Shown piece after piece: positions 43,169 to 54,988 of a DNA stretch of 64,000 nucleotides. Under the pieces are notes generated by a model that had not been told where the DNA came from, did no database searches, and saw only the letters and a program-made list of their open reading frames with translations. Every line of letters begins with the position of its first letter. The stretch's first letter is position 1. Made by a program: the position numbers and the translations under genes. The DNA is from Antedon mediterranea (Eukaryota; Animalia; Echinodermata): positions 25,479,648-25,543,647 of the forward strand of contig NC_092673.1 of NCBI RefSeq assembly GCF_964355755.1, given 5' to 3'.

Positions 43169-43368
43169 TTTGAATGTCAACTAAATTGAAAAACAATCAA
43201 ATAAAAATACTTTACTAATATTAAATTAGGCCTAGGCTAGGCCTAGGCTAGGCCTAGTCAAGTGTATTGAGTATCTAGCTATGCTAAATTATGAATATTT
43301 TTTTACATTGCACTTAAATATATTTCATTATTTATTAGTAACACCTACAGTAGGCCTCATTTTAATTA

Positions 43369-44118
43369 TGCCGTGGCTAAAGATACGGTACCGTATCCTA
43401 ACTTCCGTTTGCTAAAGGTACGGTAAAATTGCATTACGTCATAACCAGTCAATGGGGTGCTGGTACACGTGTGACGTCATCGTATAAGGACTTTGGATTT
43501 TTTTTCATATCGCAAAAACAGTGATAAACCGCATTTTCTTTATGCTTCATTTATCGCTATTATCGCCGTCGTGTGTGACAAAAACTAAATGTAGCCTACG
43601 TCTGTTATTATTGAAAAGCCAAAACATGTTGATTTTAATTCTAGAATACAGAAAACCGTTTCAAAAGAGGCCTAGGCCTACTTACACGTACTACAACCTC
43701 ATTATATGAGTTTTTTTGTGTATGGAAAGCGGTGCCAGGCTGGGGCCAGCTGCATGTGTTCAGTGATTTCTGTGACTCAGCCCTGGGGCTACTGTCTAAA
43801 TCATAGTATTTAAGGGCCCCTTTATTGTCCGCATTTGCTTGTTGTTTATGGTCACCATCTGTAAACAAAGTTTAATAAAAAATATAGGCCTAAATAGGCC
43901 ATTTGGAATAAAAATATTTAAACCCTCATCAGCGCACACTTATCCATGCAGCCTGGCGCCGTACAGACGCGATATGAAAAAAAAATCCAAAGTCCTTATA
44001 CGATGACGTCACACACGTACCAGCACCCCATTGGCTGATTATGACGTATATGTAATTTTACCATACCTTTTTTAGTAAACCAAAGTTAGAATACGGTACC
44101 GTATCTTTAGCCACTGCG
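43369..44118. mobile_element. Foldback/MITE with ~145-bp TIRs; solo arm at 41429-41553
   Basis: 43370-43513 is the reverse complement of 43969-44117 (GCCGTGGCTAAAGATACGGTACCGTA...GTGACGTCATCGTATAAGGACTTTGGATTTTTTTTCATATCGC). A third arm copy lies at 41429-41553. Confidence 0.85.
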
Positions 44119-45591
44119 TTTTAATTAATACATCTAGGCCTAGCTTACCTTAGTAGGCTAGTAGGCCTAGCTAGAAGAAGTAAAAATAAAGGATATTAAT
44201 TATTATAGGATTCGGATAGGAGGCCTAGCTAGTAGGTTACATTAGGCCTATATTATATTATTATTAGTAGGCCTAGAATATCAATATACCACTTAAGGGA
44301 GTTCTCTCCCCTCAATTAGGTTAGCAGTGATGTTGGTAAACCAAGGCCTGTGGCAGGCCCTACTAGTTACACTCATTATTAGGTAGAAGGGCAGACTAGC
44401 GACCGGTGCGGTTCGCCGACTCGCTAGCTAGCCTAGCCTACTTGTGATTTTGCAGTAGGGCTAATTAACAGACAAGGATGAGCCATATATTTGCAGTTAT
44501 AACACCTAAAGTTCAAACTAAAATGTTCAAACAATTTAATAGTTTAAACCAATACCACGTGCAGTCTAATGTTACCTGTAATGTATAAGTTTCTAGGACA
44601 ATTATTTATGGCAAAAATCTTCAAAAATTTCCACCGGTCGTGTTGGGTGTCAAATTTATTTCCGATGATTTTGTTAATGACCTATGCATTTACCGAGCAT
44701 GTTCAGAAGAATATGAGGAACATTTTATTACAAAAAATATTAAAAATGAATACAATACAGTTAAAAATCATGTCATGTAAACACATTTATATGTATATAA
44801 CATAAGTATGGTTATAATAACTAAATAAATTTGAATATTCAATTTACAATGAAAAGGAATAACTTTTACAGAGAAAACTATATTTCGTTAGAACATTATT
44901 AGACGTTTTGCTGTCGCACATATTTTGTATAGTTAACTGATCCAGTCGTCATCATGATATCTAACAGAGATAGGAGATAGACAATTAAAATACAGTATTG
45001 TCTATTCCTGAAAAAATGTAATATTTAAAATAATATTAAACAATATAGTTTAATTAATTTAAAGGGCCATTTTAAATTTCACATATCGTTATTCAAACAG
45101 TAAAAAAAAAATTATTATTGTTGAAAGTGGATACCAGTAACTTAATTAAAATTGCTTATTGTCTGATTTTTATGATTCATCTTCTTGGCCAGGGGACATT
45201 TTTAGGTTTCAGGTTGTTTTATTTATTTTTTAATGTAAAATAATCCGAATTAACTATCACCCCCCCCCCCCCCCCGGAAACTGTTCATTCTCTGTTAGCG
45301 GCCAAAGTTTTCCACAGTGGCTTCTACAGTATAAACAATTGGCCTTGGTAAAACGTATTATTACAAACACAAGTAGGCAGTCGCATCTGGGTCTCCGTAA
45401 ATCAATATGACCTTCAATAGGTTGCGTTTACACAATAGAATAATGGAATGGTCTACAGATCGATATAATACAGTATACAGAACGGTCTCAAACAATTCTG
45501 AATCATTATAGAAGAGCCTGTTGCAAACAAGAGGAATAGTATTGGATATTTGTGTAATAACTATACTGTGTACTGAACAAGGAAACTCAAA

Positions 45592-47849
45592 ATGCCCAGA
45601 GGACACCATGGAGTAAGACTCTTTTAGCCTATACTGTGTTAAACTAGCTAAGCATATGATATATCATAGTGATATAATGTATGGATCCGTTAACATACAT
45701 GGTGGTGGTACTGTGTATGGTTTATGATCATTGTGACGATTACGAAACCATTTTATTTTATATTAAGTGTCTGTGATCAACGTACAAAGGTTCTTTATTA
45801 ATTATTAATTATACAATATAGTCTACTGTTAACAAAAATAATTTACAATTTATTATTATATTAACTTTTCCAACCGGTATTGTACAAAAGAAAGTGGTTT
45901 ACTGTGTTTTAAGTACAGTAAAAAATAGTACAGTATACAGTATCTATACATACTATATTACTGTATTATACATATTTATATACTGAGTATAAATACAAAA
46001 TTAGGCCTAGGCAAGTATCATTTCAATCCGACAATGTAGGCCTTACAGTAATTATCCTTAATTAATAATTTACACTGTATTATTTTCTCAATTTTAGAGA
46101 GGTTTCGGTCATCGCGGTTTTGGACATCACCATCACCACCATCGTGGTTTCGGACCCCCTCTTGGAGCCTTGGCTGTTGGCGCAGTAGCAGGAGCAGCGG
46201 TTGCCAGTTCAAGTAGGCCAAAAACAGAAGTTGTACATGTATATCACGTAAGATAAATTTAAAGGTTCATGGGAGCTATATGATTGGCATGCCATTGAAT
46301 CTTATAATACTTATATGCCTAGTTAATTAAATGTTCCTTAAAAAGCAAAATTTAAATATTAGGCCTACTGTACGTGGCCGTCAAACAGTTATTTAAAAAC
46401 AGTAGGCCTACTTAGAACCCCTATTATTTTAAAGGGACACCTTCGGTACCAAACAACGTGTCTAGGGGTTATTGTAGATGATGCACAGTGGGTTTTAAAC
46501 TCCCCCTCCAAATTCGTTTTACGGAATGTTCTAAGTATGTCCCTGGGCCTGGGGTGCCCCAATAGAGTTTTCTGTAGTACTGTATTACCGAAAGGAAGAC
46601 GGCGGTCAGATTCTGTAAATCACAGTAATTGGTTCCGCTTAGTACCAGACCTACGACTGTCCTTCGTAAATACAGGCCTAAATATTATCTATACGCATGT
46701 ACCGCATCGAACTCGGAATACCAACATGTATTTCCTTGTCCGCGTTGGTATGTTATTATTTGTTGTTTTGAGAGTTTCAGTGCCAAAAAGTTACAAAATT
46801 ATGTACTCTTTCGTTTGATTTTCTTGTGTGAGAAATTGATGGGCATTTTAAAATTCCCAATAATGACCACATTAAAGATGCGTCTTTTAATTCTATTAAA
46901 AATATACAAAAACGCGCATCCTGTGTATAAAAGCCCAAATGAATTGTAATTCGCGTGACGTGGCCCGGTTACTAGTTGCGGGTGGCCTAATACCATTGTT
47001 ATACAGCAAATAACACTTCGTGTTCGATATGCCTACATTTGTATTAATAATTTCAGCCGGTTTTTGCACGATTACAAAAGCTTCCAAAACCTATTGTAGA
47101 ATAATTTACAATAGAATTTAACTGTGTGTGAACAAGATATATATTGCGTACGTCATGAATTTCCCATTCACTATATCGATGACGTATTTATAGTCCCTAC
47201 AGCGGTTCAGTAGTAGGCCTACTGTTGAACAGTATTTTGGCCACCGTCCACAATTTGCTGCATGAGTTTTTATAATCATATATACATACTGTAATTGTGT
47301 GTGTTAAATAATTAATTAAACTCGTTATTTGGCATGACGATTATAATAATTTATGTCGTATTATCGTCGTGAATTTTTATCGGTATCACAACGATTTTTG
47401 ATCATCACAACGATTTTTGATCATCACAACGATTTTTGATCATCTCAACGATTTTTGATCATCTCAACGAAGTTTTGATTATCACACAAAACGCGATTAG
47501 ATTATTTGGGCAAAATAAATAGGATAAGGGGAAGTTGATTAAAGTGACTTCAGGGTGGTTTCAGAATTTTAAATACATTCAAATGTTCGGCCTACTGTTT
47601 AATTTAATCTAACTTTTTAATTCACAGCAAACACCAGCACCAGTAACACAACCGTCAGCACCACCACCATATCCTGGTTATTCGGCACCGCCACCACAAG
47701 GATACTATCCACCACCGCAGCCATATCCAACAGGACCTCAACCACCGCCACCAGCAGGCTATCCACAGCAACCGCCACCGCAAGGATATCAATATCCACC
47801 ACCACCGGGGTACTACCCACCCCAGCAACAATATCCTCCTCCTCAGTAG
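45592..47849 (+). CDS. Small unassigned protein A (~130 aa): His/Gly-rich head, Gly-zipper hydrophobic segment, Pro/Tyr/Gln-rich tail
   Basis: Exons 45592-45612 (MPRGHHG|GTAAG), 46098-46247 (RGFGHRGFGHHHHHHRGFGPPLGALAVGAVAGAAVASSSRPKTEVVHVYH|GTAAG), 47628-47849 (QTPAPVTQPSAPPPYPGY...QQYPPPQ*). All introns are phase 0 and the structure is mirrored by the neighbouring paralogue. Confidence 0.8.
47385..47485. repeat. Short tandem repeat (ATCACAACGATTTTTGATC, ~19 bp, 4-5 copies)
   Basis: Direct repetition in intron 2 of gene A. Confidence 0.85.
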
Positions 47850-49364
47850 TTATGCCTAATCATGATGATTGATCACAACTGGTAATGTGATTACTATTAC
47901 CCGATGCCTGTAAACGACAGGTTGTTCAAAATGGTTTATATTATATTTTTGTATAGGCCTATATTTAGTTACTGTGGTATTACTATTTTTGAAAGAGCAA
48001 TTATGAATTTTCACCTTGTCTATATCGTTGGTGTTTTAAAAGAAAAATGCACTATATACAGTAAACACACATGTACAGGAGGTACATTCACTTTTGTGAA
48101 AACTGTAAAAAATAACTTTTGAATATTGTTGTTAGATTGTCACGTGTAAGTTGAATACGTCAACATGATAATACTATAGTATTATTATTATCCGGGTCGG
48201 ATTATTATTCGACCAAGAGGACCAAAGAAAGCTATACAGTATACACTCTGACTAATAATACAAAATGTTGTGGCCTATGTTATTTTGTATGGTATATTGA
48301 CATTGTAAACGTAATCCTCGTCTCAAAATTGGTGAACATTACATGACAGTAGACCTGTTTATTGTTTGGTGTTTTTTTTTCTTATTTTTAATTTTGATAG
48401 ACTTAGGTTAACTAGACTCATACCCAGGCACTTAATAGGGAAACATAATATATGGAGGTACAGTATACAGTACCACACAATTTCAATTATAACTATACTG
48501 TCTAATATTTACATTTTTATAGGCTATACGCGTTTAACACCGCTTTTAATATGAATTATTATAAAGATATAATTAATGAAGTAAAATGAATAGGCTATAC
48601 CAGGGAAGAGTGAGATAACTGAATACGTTCTTTCTCTTCCTTGATATGTTTTAATATTTATATTACATTCGTTTTAATTACTAACAAATAGATGTATTAA
48701 TAATATTATAATTTTTGTTATTAAATGTTTATTATGAATAAATTGTTATTGGAACAGAATACGATTATTGTGTTCATTAAGTGCTCATAATGTATATTAT
48801 TCGCCACACGAATATTACACGCATCTTACACGGTTTAAAATGTATTAATTATATGAATATGTATTTATTTCAACTTCAATAATTGTGTATTAATCGTATG
48901 CCACATGAATATTACACGTACGTTACACGACTTTAATATTTGTTGTGACGTAATATACCAAAATACAAAAGTCATCAGTCAATGACGAATCACCAATCTC
49001 AGCCTAGATACCAGTACATTAATATTCTCATACCAGCAAACACAATAACATTTTGAAATTTATTCTATTGCAGGGGAGATGATAAATTAAAAACAATTGT
49101 TTGTTGAATTATCTATAATTGGCTGGAAATTAAATTTAAAGCTATTATTATCGATGATTGTTTGATTGAATACACTATAATTTCACAACGTTCAAGTACA
49201 AATCATCAAAACTAAAGATACAAATTAAAAATACATTTACACTAAATTAAATGGAATAGTCAGAAATAATAACCATGTGATCTTTTTTTACATATTTTGT
49301 CCGGAAACAATTATACTTGTCATTATTTGTTTTTTCTATTACTAAAAGTTATCGAATTGTGAAG

Positions 49365-50912
49365 ATGCCTAGACGGGTAAGAATAGTTTGTAGTATATCA
49401 TTTTTTTGTTACATTTTTTATTTAAATTTAAAAACATATTTAGACAGAATAAAAACAAGAGGTATAGATATTTCACATGTTTTACATATGGTCCAGTTTT
49501 TTTTTAATTGATTAAAAACTTTCATAAATAAAAGAAAAAAACTATAATAATATAATAAAATAAATAATAATAAAACTATATCATAAATAAAAAATAATGT
49601 AATAACTATGTAGAGATGATGACATAATAAACAATGTAGCCTATGTTATAATATTATTATTACACTATTACAGTTAAATAAATAAAAACACTGAATTAAA
49701 ATTAAATTAATACTAATATTAAATAAATCAATCGTTCCAGTCTATATTGATTGATAGAAACTCAATATTTTTTATTATTTTTCTTTTTGTTCTTAGTATT
49801 TAGTAATATATCTAATAGCCTAAATCTTTAAAAATGTAAGACTTAATTAAAGACTTAATTCTAACCGTCCCTATTTACTTTAAGAGAGTAGTTGTGGTCG
49901 GGCCTCCGAGAAGAAGAGGCGCTCCTTTTGGCGCCCTTGCAGTCGGGGCTGTAGCTGGTGCAGCCATGGCATCCGCTGGATCAAACAGAACACACGGATC
50001 CACCGAAACAGTCGTTCATGTTCATGTAAGAAAATAAAAGTACTGGCCTACACATTGTAATATAACATTTGGAACAGACAAAAGCTCGAAATAAAAATCC
50101 TCCCAAAATTAGCCCCTACTCGGCTATTGATCATAACAGAATGAATAAAGATGATTTCATATTATAATGGATAGGCCTATATTAAAGATGTATTATCCCC
50201 CAAAAACATGAAAAATTAAGATTAATAAAATCATTTGAATAGATTATTGTGAAGTTTTAATAATAAAATAATGTTTCACTAATAAAACAAAATAGGTTAA
50301 ATCCAATCAAAAACATTGGCTGGCAGCCAATTCGACTATTTTTTGCTTAAAATTAGACTTTTTTCAGGTAAATAATTTTTGTTTCGATCTAATTTTTGGT
50401 CAAAGTGGATAACTAAATTATAAATTATGTGGCATTTTCAAAAACAATTTTTTAAGAATTATTTTTTCTGGGGGACAATACCTCTTTAATAAGTCAACGC
50501 CAATCAAGTTCAGTGAGCTATAAAGTGAAATGTTGTTTCAAACTGGTACTGAAATATAGGCGTACTAATTAATATAATTTAATTATAGGTTGACGGTCAG
50601 CAACAACCACAGCAGCAACAAGGTTACCATTATTCACCACAACCAATGACGTCACAGAATTACTACCCCAATGGTACACAACCTCACTCGTCCGTCCCGT
50701 ATCCTGTACCTATGCAGCCTCCTCCGCCCGGTATTGGTTATCCGCCGCAGCCACCGTATGGGACAGTGTACCCTCCTTCTGGTCCCACATATCCCCCACC
50801 AAGTACCACATACCCGCCAACAAGTGGTCCATATCCACCTGTCCAGCAACCGATGCCACAACCTGGTGCAGGCTACCCGCCACCACCAGCCTCGCACCCT
50901 TCACCATATTAA
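49365..50912 (+). CDS. Small unassigned protein B (~158 aa), tandem paralogue of protein A
   Basis: Exons 49365-49376 (MPRR|GTAAG), 49885-50025 (RVVVVGPPRRRGAPFGALAVGAVAGAAMASAGSNRTHGSTETVVHVH|GTAAG), 50589-50912 (VDGQQQPQQQQGYHYSPQPMTSQNYYP...HPSPY*). AATAAA at 51233. Confidence 0.8.
50186..50485. mobile_element. Kolobok-like MITE, best-preserved copy
   Basis: TTAA-AGATGTATTATCCCCCA...TGGGGGACAATACCTCT-TTAA. A TTAA target duplication with AG...CT termini is characteristic of Kolobok. Confidence 0.8.
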
Positions 50913-51450
50913 AGTCAGCACCAAATCATTTAAGTAGCAGAATTAAATAGAAAACAAACTTAATTTATTCAGAAAATGTGTGTACAGTTTTTAAAATTTT
51001 AGCCTAAAATTAATATAAGTAATTGCAATAGAACTCATCATAACACTGGAAGTGAACTAAGATGGTATTATGGACATATTATATTAGGTTTTAAGAACTT
51101 TACTTTACCACTTTATTTTCGTAAAATTGTCAGTTCAAGTTCAAAAAACATTTATTTGTTCAACAACGGCATTATACAGTATAATGTGTTCTTTTATATA
51201 AGTGATATCATATTGGTTTCATTGTTTCAGGAAATAAAGGAATTTTAACTTAAAAGTGTGAAGTGCGTTAATTTATGTTTGCCGCCCTCTCTATTTTCTA
51301 CACTTATTTTATATTTAGCCTCAGCAGTCACCACCGCCACTCCCAAGTTAAGACAGAGCATGACATTCCGAATGGTTCGAACAGCTGATATTGGTATACA
51401 ATTAGGCCAAAATAAAATATTACATTCATGTTATATCTCGTAACAACAAG

Positions 51451-54400
51451 ATGTCTGGTGATAATGCTGCAGTAGTTGTTATCGACAATGGTTCTATTAT
51501 GTGTAAAGCTGGTTTTGCTGGAGAGGATGCACCTCGGGTCATGTTTCCAGCAATCGTTGGTAGGCCTAAGCATCAGGTACGAACCGTCTATGAGTATGTA
51601 CTCTGCCGTAGAGAACCGGTTTGAAGCCAACCAAGTTAAAGTATCTAGCCTATCCTACATTGCGTATCTAATGAATGAGAGAGTAAAGCTAAACAGAATA
51701 TATGGATTAATAATGTTTTAATTGAAATTTTAGAAAGACAGAAATGTGCTTTTAGTGCTATGCATATTTTATCTTGTGTTTTTTTTTGTAATGTCAAAGA
51801 TAAATCAATCGGTAATATAATAGTCATACATACCTCTAACTAAGGTAATGAATTATTGATGATTTATGCCTTAACCTCATAGGAAAAAAATAATGCTTCC
51901 CTACCTAGTGGCTATTAATCTTTCAAAATATTATTTTTTGTTTACCAAAAGTTACTGGAGCAGAAAGAATATTATGTTGGGGATGAAGCCTATTCACAGT
52001 TAGACAATCTTGATATTGAATATCCCATAGAGCGTGGTGTTATAACTAACTGGGATGCAATGGAAAAAATATGGCATCATTGTTTTTACAATGAACTCAA
52101 AATCAAGCCAGAGGAACATTTAGTTCTTGTATTGGAACCAGTTATGAACCCAACCTCAAACAGAGAGGGGATTATGAAGGTAACTATATAAATGCCAACT
52201 TTCCACTAACATATTTTCAATGGTTAGTATTAGAATTATTATTATTAATGAGTTATGGTATTACTTTCAGAGGAACAAGATGAAATGATTAGAAATGTCA
52301 CCATATGACCTATTTATTATAACAAACAGTTATTCTTAACTTGAAAAAATGACATTTCTGGAGAATTTGTGAAAGCATATCCAAACAAGAGAGGGTGTTA
52401 TACAATACAAATTATAAAAGACATCAAACAGTAGGGTGCTATTTAAACAATCTTGGGTATCTTAAACTTCTCCAATAAACAATGAGCTACTTGTCGTATT
52501 CAATTTAGACTTTCACCGTTGAGTACAGTTTTTTTTTTTTTTTTTAGTACTTCTACGGAGTATTTTGAGCGTTGAGATTGTTCTTAACGAAAAAGCTTTC
52601 ATTGTCAACGTTTTCTATTCGAATGACTTTCTGTTGAGCACAAATTTACAATTCGAATACAAAAAGTACTCAACGAATCTTTACGTTGACAACGAAAGTT
52701 CCCAATCGAATACGACAATTGATATGATTGAGATGTTTTTTTTCCAAGCAGAAGAAATTGCACATTAATGGCATGATGAAGGAAGTGGACTCAACATATT
52801 AATTAGGTCATATTTCAGTAAACCAGTAAAACAAATTCTTGAAATTTATTTTTTCCACGGTTTTATCCATTATGTTATTAAAATGATTTCTTCTGTGCAG
52901 CCTAATGGTCCATCATCAAAAGACACTTAGTGACTGTGACAGTCACTATCAATATTACAGTATTATTATTTTATAGGTGTTATTTGAGAAATTTAATGTA
53001 CCTGCAATGTATCTGAGTATCCAAGGTCAAATGTCAATTTATGCGTCCGGTAGAGGTAGTGCAATAAGTGTGGATATAGGTGATGGGGTGATTCACATCG
53101 TACCGATCTATGAGGGATTTGCCATTATGAAAGCTATTCAAAGAATTGAATTTGGAGGGTGTGACCTAACGCAGTATATGGCTCAGTTGCTTGCTGAAAG
53201 AGGATATACATTCATGAATACAGGTTTGTATCAGTCATTTTTGTAATGTTCAAGTAACATACCATTTGAATGGTCAAGAAACAAGGCCATGTACATGGCT
53301 GCAGTCGCATGCTCAAGTTAGTGTTTACCGACCGACCAACCGATCAAAATTGCTGAGCATGTTTATAAAATGTTGAAAACATTTATATTTTTTAAATTTA
53401 CACGTGCAAAGCCTGTCACTTTTGACGTTCTCGTATAACGTAATTTCGAGTTGGAAAGTGAATCAAATATGATGACATTATTAAAGAAAGGTTGTAAAAC
53501 AGAAATCGGGCAAAAAGAGTGCGTATTAATGTTTAACGTGCGCACTCATTGCAATTTTTTAAACGCTTAAAATTGCCTGAAACGTACTCTCATTTCATCG
53601 AAAATAAATTTGAAAATTTTGAAAATTTTAAGTGCGCGAACGCATGTGTTATATGCGCTACGCACGTAATTGTATTGCCGTATTACCAACCAACATAGTA
53701 AGCTGTAGAGTCGCGTTGTACGCGACTAAAAACAAGCCATTTGAATGGTCAAGAAAAATAGGCCATTCGAATGGTCAAGAAAAAACAGGCCATTTAAATG
53801 GTCAAGAAAAAAACAGGCCATTTGAATGGTCAAGAAAAAACAAGCCATTTGAATGGTCAAGAAAAAAACAGGCCATTTGAATGGTCAAGAAAAAAAAGGC
53901 CATTTAAATGGTCAAGGAAAAAACAAGCCATTTGAATGGTCAAGGAAAAAACAGGCCATTTAAATGGTCAAAAATCAACTGGCCATTTGGATGGTCAAGA
54001 AAAAAGTCATTTAAATGGTCAAGTAAAAAACATGCCATTTGAATGGTCAAGGAAAAAACAGGCCATTTAAATGGTCAAAAAACAACTGGCCATTTGGATG
54101 GTCAAGAAAAAAGTCATTTAAATGGTCAAGTAAAAAACATGCCATTTGAATGGTCAAGGGAAAAAAAACGGGCCAGTTGAATGGTCAAGGAAAAAACAGG
54201 CCATTTGAATGAAAAAATGAAAATGAAAAAACGGTGCCGGCCATAATCAAGTAGTTTCTATCAGTGGTTTTTTAATTTTGCAATTTGTGCGTTTGACATA
54301 ATCAGACGATTATGTTGTTTCAAAGAACGGAGTGAGAATATTCTCAATAATCATTGTTAACAGCAGGTAGCCTTGATTAACAAGTCAATATGTAAAAATA

Positions 54401-54988
54401 TTCATTAATATTGAATTTAACAGCTTGTCCATTTAGATTTAATTAAACAAAAATTATGTGGTTTTTTTAGCCGAGATGGAAAGCGTAAGAAAATTAAAGG
54501 ACAGCCTCTGCTACGTCGCTGAAGATTTTCAACAAGAGTTAGCATCAGCATCGTCAAATCCATCACTAGCAAAGAGTTACCAACTTGCAGATGGTCGCGA
54601 GATAACCCTTGGAGAAGAAAGATTCCGATGTCCGGAAGTTCTTTTTGATCCGTCTTTGATGGAACTGGATCATTGCGGCATTCACCAGATTGTTTATAAC
54701 AGTATAATGAAGTGTGATATTGATACACGTGGTGACATATACTGCAGTATTGTGATCTCTGGCGGAACTTCTCTAATACCAGGATTTGCCGAGAGGCTCC
54801 AGAAGGAAATAAAATCACTGGCTCCTAAGTCCATGAGAGTAAGGGTAGTAGCCGCACAGGAACGAAAGTTTAATGTATGGATAGGGGGATCTATTTTAGG
54901 GTCGTTGAGTACATTTCAAAAGATGTGGATTACTCGGAAAGAGTACGACGAACTTGGCAATCGTGCTATTAAAAAATTAGTTTTATGA
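51451..54988 (+). CDS. Divergent actin / actin-like protein (~372 aa)
   Basis: Exons 51451-51576, 51952-52179, 52977-53223, 54471-54988. Actin motifs [97 protein letters not shown]. The exon 2 acceptor (AAG) is slightly uncertain. Confidence 0.93.
53279..53731 (-). mobile_element. Helentron/DINE-like non-autonomous element inserted in a satellite
   Basis: Minus strand: TTTTTAGTCGCGTACAACGCGACTCT hairpin, (TTGG)/(GTCG) microsatellite, inverted GCATGCGACT, terminal hairpin GCCATGTACATGGC plus CTTGTTT. Confidence 0.7.
53732..54210. repeat. ~28-bp satellite GGCCATTTGAATGGTCAAGAAAAAAACA
   Basis: About 17 copies in actin-like intron 3, with one more unit at 53262-53280. Confidence 0.95.

Noticed and set aside
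45592-50912. True prion protein/Shadoo homology for genes A and B
   Set aside because: No signal peptide, GPI-anchor signal or globular domain. Only the Ala/Gly core is similar, so this is treated as analogy.
50652-50937. Overlapping alternative-frame and antisense ORFs; also 47617-47820 (-) and 46018-46221 (-)
   Set aside because: Shadow frames of the GC-rich, Pro-rich exons of genes A and B.
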